A DNA stretch of 51,590 bases from a virus (Duplodnaviria; Caudoviricetes), in the IMG/VR virus record IMGVR_UViG_3300021224_000010, positions 1 to 51,590 of that record, one strand, 5' to 3'. A model generated the notes under the pieces. That model saw nothing but the letters and a program-made list of their open reading frames with translations. It was not told the origin of the DNA and did no database searches. Numbering within the stretch: position 1 is the first letter of the stretch; the number at the start of each line of letters is the position of its first letter. The position numbers were made by a program, and so were the translations under genes. Shown here one piece after another: positions 1-8,657 of the stretch.

Positions 1-1116
1 CTACCCAGTGATTTCACTGATATTCAGGTCCGGAATTGCTTCGGACCAGATGATTTCCTCGTGGTCTCGCTGGTAGTTTTTGGTCATGCCCTCGCTCGCA
101 TGGCCTGCGATCTTTTGCCCATCTTTTCCGGCTTTCTTGTAAAGGTGCAGGGATAGCGCCCGCACTTCGTGAAAGCCTGGCATCTCCTCTTCTTTCCATC
201 CTGCGTAGCAGTTCGCTGCCTCTCTGGCCTCCTTGAATGCCCGCGTCAAATACCGCTCCTCAACCTTCGTCCAGTGATCCTTGGTCTGGGCCTGTTTTTG
301 TTTTAGGCGGTCAGGCTTTCGGTGTACCAGGTAAGGCGAGACGACATCGTCTCGGCACCGGCTGATGACTGTTTGCAGTTCCGGCGTCACTTGAAAGCGA
401 ATCCACGCTGTGTCGCTGGCCTTGGCCGTCTTCTTCTGCACCACGTAGAGAAACCCATCCCGAACCCCATCGAATCGCATATCCAGGATGTCTGTGCGCC
501 TCTGGGCGGTGATCAGTGCCAGGTCGATTGCATTCTGCAGCCAAACCGGCGCTTTCTCGCGGATAGCCTTCAGCCCATCGACGGTATGGCGCCTACGCAG
601 TTTCTTCTCGATCCGATTGATCGTGCTCGCTGCTGGGTTATCCGGGCACAGGCCTTTTGCTGCCGCATGGTTGAAAATGTCCGTCAGGAGCGCCCTGCAC
701 TGGTTGGCCGTGCGGGGCGTGAGCGCATCTAACATTTCAGCGACCATGCGAATGGATATTTGGCCGACCCCCTTTCCCTCGAACTGCCGGCGGAAGCGCC
801 TGAAATGCACCGCGTACAGACTGAGCGTGCCTGCGGCCAGCTCGCGCGGCGGTAGGACGTCTCGCTCGTAGGTGTCGAGGAAGCCAGCGAATGACTCAGA
901 CGATGCCGACATTACAGCGCCGACCAAGTCAGCGCCGCGCATGAACTCCAGGTTCAGCTGTTTGGCAGCGTCGATCGCTTTGATGCGGTCGACGCCGAAT
1001 TGGAACCACTTCCCGTCGGTGGGCCGGCGATAGCGATAAGTCGACCGTCGCGCATCGAAGTACAGGTTCTGCGGTAGGTTCTTGTTCGCTTTGTTTCGCG
1101 GCCGAGGGACCATCAT
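1..1116 (-). CDS. int: Phage integrase (tyrosine recombinase, lambda Int-like)
   Basis: N-terminal arm-binding-like region. Catalytic motifs TAQR, QKKT, FHEVR, AGH, TKNY. Confidence 0.95.
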   Translation of the reverse strand: MMVPRPRNKANKNLPQNLYFDARRSTYRYRRPTDGKWFQFGVDRIKAIDAAKQLNLEFMRGADLVGAVMSASSESFAGFLDTYERDVLPPRELAAGTLSLYAVHFRRFRRQFEGKGVGQISIRMVAEMLDALTPRTANQCRALLTDIFNHAAAKGLCPDNPAASTINRIEKKLRRRHTVDGLKAIREKAPVWLQNAIDLALITAQRRTDILDMRFDGVRDGFLYVVQKKTAKASDTAWIRFQVTPELQTVISRCRDDVVSPYLVHRKPDRLKQKQAQTKDHWTKVEERYLTRAFKEAREAANCYAGWKEEEMPGFHEVRALSLHLYKKAGKDGQKIAGHASEGMTKNYQRDHEEIIWSEAIPDLNISEITG

Positions 1117-1325
1117 GCAGCTCCTTTCAATACCATCGCCACGAGGTCGTTGCCGTCAGAGCGGGAGAAGGCGGTCCAATCAACGTACCAGAGTTTCCCG
1201 ATCTGCTCGCCAGGCACGGCACCGTTACGGATGTGGTTGCGGATTGCTTGAGGGCACTGCGGTGTGCCGTTTTCCCCCCAGCGCCGCCGCTGAAACTCGC
1301 TGATCTTGATCAGTTCTTTTCGCAT
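1113..1325 (-). CDS. xis: Excisionase-like small DNA-binding protein
   Basis: 70 aa, ATGA overlap with int, winged-HTH-like GEQIGKLWYVD. Confidence 0.7.
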   Translation of the reverse strand: MRKELIKISEFQRRRWGENGTPQCPQAIRNHIRNGAVPGEQIGKLWYVDWTAFSRSDGNDLVAMVLKGAA

Positions 1326-1327
1326 AT

Positions 1328-1549
1328 TTACCTCCCGGCGCCCGCTGCGGGCCGCGCTGTCCTGATGATGTGGATGATGAAACCGAAGGTGATGAGCACC
1401 CAGGTCATGAAGCCGGCAAAGGCGCCGATGATGTCTAGCACCTCGCCGGAGCTGAGCAGGGCGGGCAGGCCTACGGCGAACCCAACGGCAGTGCCGATCA
1501 GGTACAGCAAGGCGCCCAGTACAATTAGGGTAAGTTTCATTGCGAACAT
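1328..1549 (-). CDS. Small membrane protein (about 2 TM segments)
   Basis: 73 aa, strongly hydrophobic, AAGGA RBS upstream. Confidence 0.7.
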   Translation of the reverse strand: MFAMKLTLIVLGALLYLIGTAVGFAVGLPALLSSGEVLDIIGAFAGFMTWVLITFGFIIHIIRTARPAAGAGR

Positions 1550-1591
1550 GTGGTGTCCTTGCCGCGCTGGGCGGCAGAAGGTGGGTTAGTG

Positions 1592-2128
1592 TTACATTCC
1601 GATCTTGGCGAGGGCTGCGCGGGCAACAGCCATTGCGGCTAGCGCATCGTCTACGTAGGCAGGATCGAACCCGCCGGCGAGATGAATGGTTGCCTGACAG
1701 GCGCGCAGGTTCTCAGTGGTCAGCTTCAGTGCATCGGTGAGTTCTTCGACAGTGGTCAAATGCTCTCGGCCGATATCCCAGAAGTACCGGCCCCAGTGAT
1801 CGGCTGGTGGTGGGTTGAGATCCTGGGCGCCGAGGATCACCGCGGCCGAGATGACATCACACAGATCTCGCTTGTAGGCGTTGTCACCGTCGATGCTGGC
1901 GCCCATCCTGCGAAGATTGTTCAGGGTCACATCGAAGTCTTCTCGGGTGGAATCGATAACGTTCTTATTGAGCACCGCCACTTCTGCCGACAGCCTGGTG
2001 ATCTCCGCCAGTGACTGGGTGTGGAGCGCCAGATCGGTAACTAGAGGGTCGACTGTGACCCCGGTGTACTTTTCGATTCTTGCTTGCAGGCGCGCCGAGA
2101 GCGGCCTGTTGTCGAGAGCATGAGACAT
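1592..2128 (-). CDS. Hypothetical phage protein
   Basis: Start reassigned to MSHALD (ATG 2128), which has a GAGG RBS. Helical/coiled-coil composition. Confidence 0.7.
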   Translation of the reverse strand: MSHALDNRPLSARLQARIEKYTGVTVDPLVTDLALHTQSLAEITRLSAEVAVLNKNVIDSTREDFDVTLNNLRRMGASIDGDNAYKRDLCDVISAAVILGAQDLNPPPADHWGRYFWDIGREHLTTVEELTDALKLTTENLRACQATIHLAGGFDPAYVDDALAAMAVARAALAKIGM

Positions 2129-2177
2129 AGGAATACCTCGCCCGCCGCTCACCGGCAGGCATTTAGGGGGATTGGGA

Positions 2178-3311
2178 TTAGGCTGCTGGGTGTTGCGCGG
2201 TGTCGCGGAAAACATCCATCTGCGCCGCGCCATCGAGCCAAGCCGCAGCAATCCGGCGCTCGGCCATTGCGGCATATTCCGGGTTCAGTTCGCACAGAAT
2301 GGATTTGCGACCTTCCTGCATGGCGACGACCGCGGTGGTGCCGGCACCTCCGAAAGGGTCAAGCACGACGCCGCCGAGTGGCGCGCCGGCCAGAATGCAA
2401 GGTCTAATCAGGTCGGGGGGGAAGGTGGCGAAGTGGGCGCCCTTGAAACTGTGGGTCGGCACTGTCCATACGCTGCGCTTGTTTCGCTCGGTGGGCATAA
2501 CTGCAAGGGCGGAGTTCATAGAATCGTTGTCCTTGATACGGCCCCGCGCTCTTTCTTCTCCGTCGGTACCGTAACCCCAGCCCACGCCGTTTGACTTCCT
2601 GGCCACCGCCTTCATGTTGCCGTTGCTCTTGGCCCCGCCGTTGGCGCGCTCACTCCCGATCTGCGAGAGAACGTCTTGTGAGAGGCGGTTGTGGGTGTTG
2701 GGTGAGCATGGTTCAAGGATTGGCGTCTGGTCGTAGTAGTACTTCGCCGACTTGCTCAGCAAAAAAATGTACTCGTGGGCCTTAGTGCAGCGGTCGCGGA
2801 CACTGTCCGGCATTGGATTTGGCTTATGCCAAATGATGTCTTGGCGCAGATACCAGCCATCGTCCTGCAGGGCAAAGGCCAAGCGCCAGGGCATTCCCAT
2901 CATGTCCTTGGGCTTGAACCCAGGTACGGCGTAGTCACTGCGCGGAACGCTTTCATTATCCCTACGGCGGGAGGCAACTGTGCGGCGGGCCTTGGCGGCT
3001 GTAACGCTTTCATCGCGCCCGACGCCGGTAATTGACTGACTATTGCCACCGCAGCGGGAGCCGGCATAGCTATCACCCATATTCACCCAGGCCGTTCCAT
3101 CATCGCTGAGTACTCGGCGCACCTCGCGGAACACTTCGACCAGGCGCCCGATGAACTCGGCCGGCGTTTCCTCCAGGCCTATCTGGCCGTCGACGCCGTA
3201 ATCCCGCAGGCCGTAGTAGGGCGGGCTGGTAACGCACATTTGAACCGATTTATCCGGTAGCGTCCGCATCGACTCAATGCAGTCGCCGATCAAGACGCGA
3301 TGCTGTTTCAT
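2178..3311 (-). CDS. DNA amino-methyltransferase (N4-C/N6-A, beta class)
   Basis: Motif IV TSPPY near the N-terminus and motif I VLDPFGGAGTT near the C-terminus. Confidence 0.93.
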   Translation of the reverse strand: MKQHRVLIGDCIESMRTLPDKSVQMCVTSPPYYGLRDYGVDGQIGLEETPAEFIGRLVEVFREVRRVLSDDGTAWVNMGDSYAGSRCGGNSQSITGVGRDESVTAAKARRTVASRRRDNESVPRSDYAVPGFKPKDMMGMPWRLAFALQDDGWYLRQDIIWHKPNPMPDSVRDRCTKAHEYIFLLSKSAKYYYDQTPILEPCSPNTHNRLSQDVLSQIGSERANGGAKSNGNMKAVARKSNGVGWGYGTDGEERARGRIKDNDSMNSALAVMPTERNKRSVWTVPTHSFKGAHFATFPPDLIRPCILAGAPLGGVVLDPFGGAGTTAVVAMQEGRKSILCELNPEYAAMAERRIAAAWLDGAAQMDVFRDTAQHPAA

Positions 3312-3364
3312 GGCCTGGGCCCCTTGTAGATGAAGACGTAGGCGAACCAGAGGGTGGCGATCAT
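3308..3364 (-). CDS. 18-aa hydrophobic peptide MIATLWFAYVFIYKGPRP (not in ORF track)
   Basis: Fills the intergenic gap exactly, with ATGA overlaps to both neighbours. Confidence 0.65.
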   Translation of the reverse strand: MIATLWFAYVFIYKGPRP

Positions 3365-4029
3365 GGCGTCACCCGCTTGAACTCCATCACCCAGACCCAC
3401 GGGTTGGCATCCCAGTCGCCGCCGGTACCGATCCAAAGGTCTTGGAACGCAAAGGCAGGTGACTTGAATCCGAACTGATGCCAGTCATCAACGTTGCTCG
3501 GATCATGCGGATGCCAGTGCCAGCCACCACGGACGTGAGGAATGATTCCCTCGGCCAGCGCCTGCTCTTCGCTGATGCCCTGCAACCGCTCAACGCGCAC
3601 GCCGGTGACCTCCAGCAGGATGCGGCTGACCCAGCGCGGCATATGGATTGAAGGCCGAATTTTCCCTGGCTTGATCATCGCGCAACCGGTTTGCCTGACA
3701 GCCCCATCTGCTGGGTAATGGATTGGTTCGCCTTGACTCAGGTCTCGCGGCGCTACCGCATCAACCTGTGCGTCTGCCATCCAGGTCTCGCGCACCCACA
3801 GCCGATCACCTGGTTTTCCGTAGGGGCAGCAGCCGTTGACGAAGTGCTTGGTCACAGGGTTGCCGTAACCGTCCTGGCCGTAGTTGGAGCTGCCTACGCA
3901 GAAATTGCCACTGGCATCGATATGCGGCTGAACCTTGATTGCCCGCCGCGTGACCGTCTTCCGGCCTTCCAGGATGGCGCGCACCATTGGCGCCGAGAAC
4001 AGGATGGGACGTTCTTTGACCTGGCTCAC
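3361..4029 (-). CDS. ASCH/PUA-like phage protein
   Basis: ILFSAPMVRAILEGRKTVTRR signature and NPWVWVMEF C-terminus. GTG start overlaps the upstream stop. Confidence 0.75.
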   Translation of the reverse strand: MSQVKERPILFSAPMVRAILEGRKTVTRRAIKVQPHIDASGNFCVGSSNYGQDGYGNPVTKHFVNGCCPYGKPGDRLWVRETWMADAQVDAVAPRDLSQGEPIHYPADGAVRQTGCAMIKPGKIRPSIHMPRWVSRILLEVTGVRVERLQGISEEQALAEGIIPHVRGGWHWHPHDPSNVDDWHQFGFKSPAFAFQDLWIGTGGDWDANPWVWVMEFKRVTP

Positions 4030-4454
4030 GGGGCCACCTCTCGGCGTGCCCACTGCACATAGGGGCCGTCATCCGTATCGAAGATCCCCATCAGGAACCA
4101 CTCGGGCCCTGGCGATTCTGGATTCCAGGCGGTGCACGCAGCATCCTCGTCAGGTAGATCCTCGATCTCGTCGCCAGAGTGCCAGCCTTTCAGCTCCAGT
4201 CCCTGCTCCTTGGTCCAGGAAATGTAGGGCGCCGGGTCTTCGCCTTCGCCAAAGCTCGGAATGTTCGGGTGATACCACCAGCCGTCTGCATCGCGCTTCA
4301 CCTCGACCGGCCCGAACGGCTTGCTGCCGCTGTGCGCCTCGCAGGGAGTGACGTAAAGCACGTCGGAGTAGTGACCGCCGCCAGAGCTGAATTCCATCTT
4401 GCAGCCGCACTTGGCGGGCTCGCTGTTTACGAACGTAATCTTTTGTTCAGGCAT
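4026..4454 (-). CDS. Hypothetical phage protein
   Basis: 142 aa, AAGGA RBS, coupled to the downstream gene. Confidence 0.75.
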   Translation of the reverse strand: MPEQKITFVNSEPAKCGCKMEFSSGGGHYSDVLYVTPCEAHSGSKPFGPVEVKRDADGWWYHPNIPSFGEGEDPAPYISWTKEQGLELKGWHSGDEIEDLPDEDAACTAWNPESPGPEWFLMGIFDTDDGPYVQWARREVAP

Positions 4455-4741
4455 GACTTCGTCCTTGCCGCTATAGCGGCTGACTTTGAAGGGGGGATTT
4501 ATTTGAAAACGACCCTAGACGAGGCCGAGGGTTGTTGCTAGAAATGACATGTCGCGCATGCATTTCAGATATTCTTGGTTGAGCTGGATGCACGACTGAC
4601 GCTCTATAACGTCGTTGGAGCGCGTCCTTTAGATGTGGGCAGTGATCGGTAGGTCGTCGCTTTTTGTTGCGAGTTAATCAACTCCCTTCCTCTGGGCTAC
4701 TAACTCAATGCTTTGACTTGCCGGTCTTCTCTTCTAGGTCG

Positions 4742-5056
4742 TCATCTGGCAGCCTCCCTCGTTACCAGATCATGGGCATTCACAACCGTCATGCCGAGGC
4801 GTTCGGCGATCAGGACTTCCAGTCGGGCCCCCTTTGAATGCTCCCAGCCGGGCAGGGTGGCCACGGTGTCGCAGTCCATCAGGGCGGCAATGTCGCGGCG
4901 CATGCAGTCGTTCCAGGTGCCGCCGTCGGGGTTGAGTTCAGCTGGGTTGGTGACGGTGTGGCCGCCGGCGCGCAGGTTGGTGGTCATGGCGTGGAAGGCG
5001 GCGAAGTTGAGGCCGGGCAGGCCGGTCATGGGCCCGCTGAGGTAGATGCGCTTCAT
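4742..5056 (-). CDS. DUF4406 family (nucleoside 2-deoxyribosyltransferase-like) protein
   Basis: RIYLSGPMTG...NPAE...LPGWEHSKGARLE pattern. Confidence 0.85.
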   Translation of the reverse strand: MKRIYLSGPMTGLPGLNFAAFHAMTTNLRAGGHTVTNPAELNPDGGTWNDCMRRDIAALMDCDTVATLPGWEHSKGARLEVLIAERLGMTVVNAHDLVTREAAR

Positions 5057-5694
5057 GCGGCCACCTGCTGCTGTTCCTGGCGCAGCGCGTCCTGAACGGC
5101 CTCAACGACGCGACGCAGGTATGTGAATTCGTGGTTTTCCTCGATCGCCTTGTCGTCGACCGGGTAATGCCATTCATCTCCGAACAGTTCCGTCAGCAGC
5201 TTGCTGTGATGCCAGCACTCGTTTGGCGACTCCACGCTGGTCAGAGCCTCGATGTCCTGCCATAGCTCGCGGGCCTCGCTCTTGCTCAGCTCGCCAAGCT
5301 CCCAGTCGTGCCGCCCGGTCTGTTGCCGGCGGCGCTGGACGATGCACTTCTTGGCGAAGGCATGGAGCGCGGCCCCGCTGAATCGCGTGCTACTGATCCC
5401 GCGATCCAGGCAGTTCAGAACATAGGGCCAATCGCACTTGGCCACGAACTCGGCAACCGTGCGAGGTCCCATTCCACCCCAGTAGGCGTTCCAGCTCTTG
5501 TCCCAGCAGTTGATCGTGATCTTGCCCTGGGCAGTCTGGTAGTTCTGGTCGGATTCAATCGGGCAGTCGCGCCGGCCGAAGTCCTCGAGGAACACGGTTA
5601 TCGCATCGAGCCGCACCGCGCCGGTGATCACCAGCTTCGTTACTGTCGAGCGCTCCACCTGCAGCGGCGCGTCGACTTTGTTTTCTGTAGGCAT
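5053..5694 (-). CDS. Hypothetical phage protein
   Basis: Start reassigned to MPTENK (ATG 5694), which has an AAGGA RBS. ATGA overlap with DUF4406 gene. Confidence 0.75.
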   Translation of the reverse strand: MPTENKVDAPLQVERSTVTKLVITGAVRLDAITVFLEDFGRRDCPIESDQNYQTAQGKITINCWDKSWNAYWGGMGPRTVAEFVAKCDWPYVLNCLDRGISSTRFSGAALHAFAKKCIVQRRRQQTGRHDWELGELSKSEARELWQDIEALTSVESPNECWHHSKLLTELFGDEWHYPVDDKAIEENHEFTYLRRVVEAVQDALRQEQQQVAA

Positions 5695-5853
5695 GGGGAG
5701 TCCTTGCCGGCCGTCACGACCGGATGTGATGTCAAGGGGGGGTAGGCGTGAGAGAAAGTTTCGACTTGTACTAAGGCTTTTCACAACTTTCCCGCCTACA
5801 AATCAGGAGCGGTTCTCATGGAATCTGGAATCTCCTAATAGAGGGTTTTCCAG

Positions 5854-5949
5854 ATGGCTAAATTAGATAAAGTTGTTGAGTTACTTAATCTGCTTGTTCA
5901 GCTGCTTTCGTTCTTAATCGAACTATTGAAGTTATGCGGCTGCTGCTGA
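5854..5949 (+). CDS. Putative 31-aa amphipathic peptide MAKLDKVVELLNLLVQLLSFLIELLKLCGCC (not in ORF track)
   Basis: GAGGG RBS 8 nt upstream, in an AT-rich island, with regular Leu periodicity. Confidence 0.45.
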   Translation: MAKLDKVVELLNLLVQLLSFLIELLKLCGCC

Positions 5950-7971
5950 ATGAAACTCTACTAATTTCCAGGGATCGTTAGCCCTGGCCAGCGCAGCCAT
6001 CGGCGGCGGGCTGACGCTGTTGCCGCACATGTGGACCTGCTGAGTCTTGGTGAAAGGCTTGCCGTCGGCACCATGGCTGATGATGTAGTCGGCCGGGAAG
6101 CCCTGGGCCTTGTACAGCTCGGCGGGTTTCAGCATCCGCAGGCAGATGTCGACGATCACGTAGGGCGTGCCCTTGACCATAACGGTGACCATGGCCAAGC
6201 GGTCTTTGGTGGTAATGGTCGGCGCCGGGGAGTCGCAAGCGCTGATGTTCTCGGTGCCGTAGTAGCTGATCAGGAAGGCGGCGACGCGCAGGGCACCGGC
6301 TTCGTGTTCAGGCGACAGGGTGAGCGAAACAAGCGAGCTCTTGCCACCGCCGCCGGCTGTGATGGTCGGCGCCGGTTCTTCAAGGCCCTGGCCGACGCTG
6401 CCGCCGAATGCCCGCTCCATGAATGCGCTGGCCAGTCCGTGGTGCTGGCCGCCGGCGCTGATGGTGTGCAGCGGGTCGTTGACGTCCCGTGCATCGCAGT
6501 TGCCCCGCAAGTGCACCAGGTTCGCCGCTACCAGCTGCTGCTGGCTGCCGGTGTTGGTCACCGTCGTCATCGGGTCTTCGATGCTCTTGGCGTCCGTGGC
6601 GTTGAAGCCGCCATTCATTTGGGCCATGAATGCCATCGCAATGCCGTACTTTCCGCCAGAGGCCATGATTGTTCCCAGCGGCTGGCCAAGGTCGGCGCTG
6701 CGCGGTGCCGACCGAGGCTTGTCACCGTTCCCGAGCTGGACAAGCGCCGCAGCGGCGATAGCGCGGTGATTCTGGGTCATCAAGGTGCCGGTAGGCTGGT
6801 CCACGCTCACCGGCTTGCCGGAATACTCAGGACCACCGGCCCCCACCATCAGCGGACTGATCAGCGTCAACTCGCCTCGGTTTGCGCAGGTCACTGTCGG
6901 CGGCGGTTCGAGTGGGTCATTGATTCGGTCGCTGCCCTGGTGGGTAGCTGGGGCAATGATCGGGCTGACCACCGAGAAGGCGCCGCCCTTTGGGTAGGAG
7001 GTGATTGTGCGCAGCGGTTCATCTGCGGACTGGACTGCCTCGCCGGACCAATTGGCAATCGGCACAATGAAGGGCGCCGCGCTGTCGATGACGAACTTCT
7101 TCATGCCCTTGGCAACGCGCCGCAGGGTGGCCGGGGCCAAGTCTTTCTTGCGGCCGAAGATGCTTTTGCCCAAGTCGGTGAAGTCGATGCAGTCAGCGGC
7201 TGTTTTCCACTTCTGCTGGCCTTTGACGGGGTTCTTGGCATGGGTTGGCTCCGGCCACACGATTGGCTGGCCGTCGCACCGCGCAATCATGAACAGGCGT
7301 TCCCGGCTGGTCGGCGCGCCGAAGTCGCAGGCCTTGATCACCTTCCATTCAACGACATAGCCCATGCCTTCCAGAAGGGCCACGAAGCGACGCCAGGTCC
7401 GGCCGCGCTGCTTGGGGTCGGGAATCAGGAACTGCTCGCCCACCGGCACAACCTCACCAGGTGCAGCAACTTCACCGGAGAGTTTTACCACGCGACCGGT
7501 GGCCTTATCTCGCTTGGCGATCAGTCGGCCCCACTGCAGGATCTGCTTTACGTTCTCCAAGCTGATCACCCGGGGCCGTTTCATGCCTGCCCACTTGAGA
7601 CCGATCCACGAAAGGTTGCAGATCTCGCGCTTGCGCGGCTGGCCGCCGGCGGCCTGGCTGTGGTGGGTACAGTCTGGCGACATGTGAAACCAACCCACGG
7701 CCTTGCCGCCGCATTCGGTGTCCGGGTCACCCTCGAACACGTCGGTGGTGAAGTGCTGCGCGCCGGGGTGGTTCATGGTGTGCATGCTGATCGCTTGGGG
7801 GCTATGGTTCTTCGCGACGTTAACCGCGCGGCCCAGGCCAATCTCCAGGCCGGTACCGGCACCACCACCACCGCAGAAGAAGTCGACAACGATCTCATCG
7901 TCCTGAGGGTTGAAGCCGAGTCCATATTGGGTTTTAAAATCGAAGGGGTGTTTCTTCTGTTGTGCGGACAT
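5932..7971 (-). CDS. DNA (cytosine-5) methyltransferase, large phage type
   Basis: Motifs DFFCGGGG, SPDC, ENV, RER and terminal GNSV, with a long repeat-containing variable region. Confidence 0.93.
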   Translation of the reverse strand: MSAQQKKHPFDFKTQYGLGFNPQDDEIVVDFFCGGGGAGTGLEIGLGRAVNVAKNHSPQAISMHTMNHPGAQHFTTDVFEGDPDTECGGKAVGWFHMSPDCTHHSQAAGGQPRKREICNLSWIGLKWAGMKRPRVISLENVKQILQWGRLIAKRDKATGRVVKLSGEVAAPGEVVPVGEQFLIPDPKQRGRTWRRFVALLEGMGYVVEWKVIKACDFGAPTSRERLFMIARCDGQPIVWPEPTHAKNPVKGQQKWKTAADCIDFTDLGKSIFGRKKDLAPATLRRVAKGMKKFVIDSAAPFIVPIANWSGEAVQSADEPLRTITSYPKGGAFSVVSPIIAPATHQGSDRINDPLEPPPTVTCANRGELTLISPLMVGAGGPEYSGKPVSVDQPTGTLMTQNHRAIAAAALVQLGNGDKPRSAPRSADLGQPLGTIMASGGKYGIAMAFMAQMNGGFNATDAKSIEDPMTTVTNTGSQQQLVAANLVHLRGNCDARDVNDPLHTISAGGQHHGLASAFMERAFGGSVGQGLEEPAPTITAGGGGKSSLVSLTLSPEHEAGALRVAAFLISYYGTENISACDSPAPTITTKDRLAMVTVMVKGTPYVIVDICLRMLKPAELYKAQGFPADYIISHGADGKPFTKTQQVHMCGNSVSPPPMAALARANDPWKLVEFHSAAAA

Positions 7972-8025
7972 AGGGGATCCTCGCCGGGTATATTTACCGG
8001 ATAAACGTCAAGGTGGGAGTTAGGG

Positions 8026-8646
8026 ATGCTTAACGATTACGGAAAGAGCCTGTTTGAACCGCTGCTATCGGTTCCGAACATAGTTCTTGGTTTGTCGGTA
8101 CTTTTTGTCGCAGTTTTAGTGATTGCTCAAGTCGACCTGAACAGTAGTGAGTGGGCCAGTTGGGTGCAGGCAATTGGCTCTATCACTGCAATCTGGGGCG
8201 CTTTTCGCATTAGTAATAAGCAGGTCAACAAACAGGATGAAGAGAGAAAATTATTGGAGCGCAAAAGCTCGAACTCGAGACTTTCGGTCGTGAGGAACGC
8301 CGCGGCTTATGCTCAAGCACTTGGCCAATACGTAGACAAAGATCCTAGCCCAAGCGAGTTTATAGAAATGTGGAATGGCGCAATGAGTGTGTCAGTTGCC
8401 CACGCTTTCGACTCGTTGAGGGCGTTGCCATTGCTTGAGTTGAGCTCCTATAAACAGGTTCTTCTCTACAATGAAATTCTCGGTGCGATTTCAACGATCC
8501 GTTCGGCCGCAACGAGATTTGTTGAGGCTGAGGGTGATCTGGATTCAAAAGCTTCTGAAATTTACACGGCTATTAAGGTACAAGCGGTGATGATTGAGGG
8601 GCACTGGTATGATTTCAAATTAGACTCGGATTTAACGAGTCATTAA
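8026..8646 (+). CDS. Accessory membrane-anchored hypothetical protein
   Basis: Counter-oriented and AT-richer. Two N-terminal hydrophobic segments including WASWVQAIGSITAI. Confidence 0.8.
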   Translation: MLNDYGKSLFEPLLSVPNIVLGLSVLFVAVLVIAQVDLNSSEWASWVQAIGSITAIWGAFRISNKQVNKQDEERKLLERKSSNSRLSVVRNAAAYAQALGQYVDKDPSPSEFIEMWNGAMSVSVAHAFDSLRALPLLELSSYKQVLLYNEILGAISTIRSAATRFVEAEGDLDSKASEIYTAIKVQAVMIEGHWYDFKLDSDLTSH

Positions 8647-8657
8647 GTTTTGAAACT

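Noticed and set aside
5818-5838. Mini-ORF MESGIS after a CAGGAG RBS
   Set aside because: Only six codons, and removing the 7-nt duplication gives only 13; insufficient support.
6031-8004. 657-aa plus-strand ORF
   Set aside because: Antisense shadow of the GC-rich C5 methyltransferase; no motifs.
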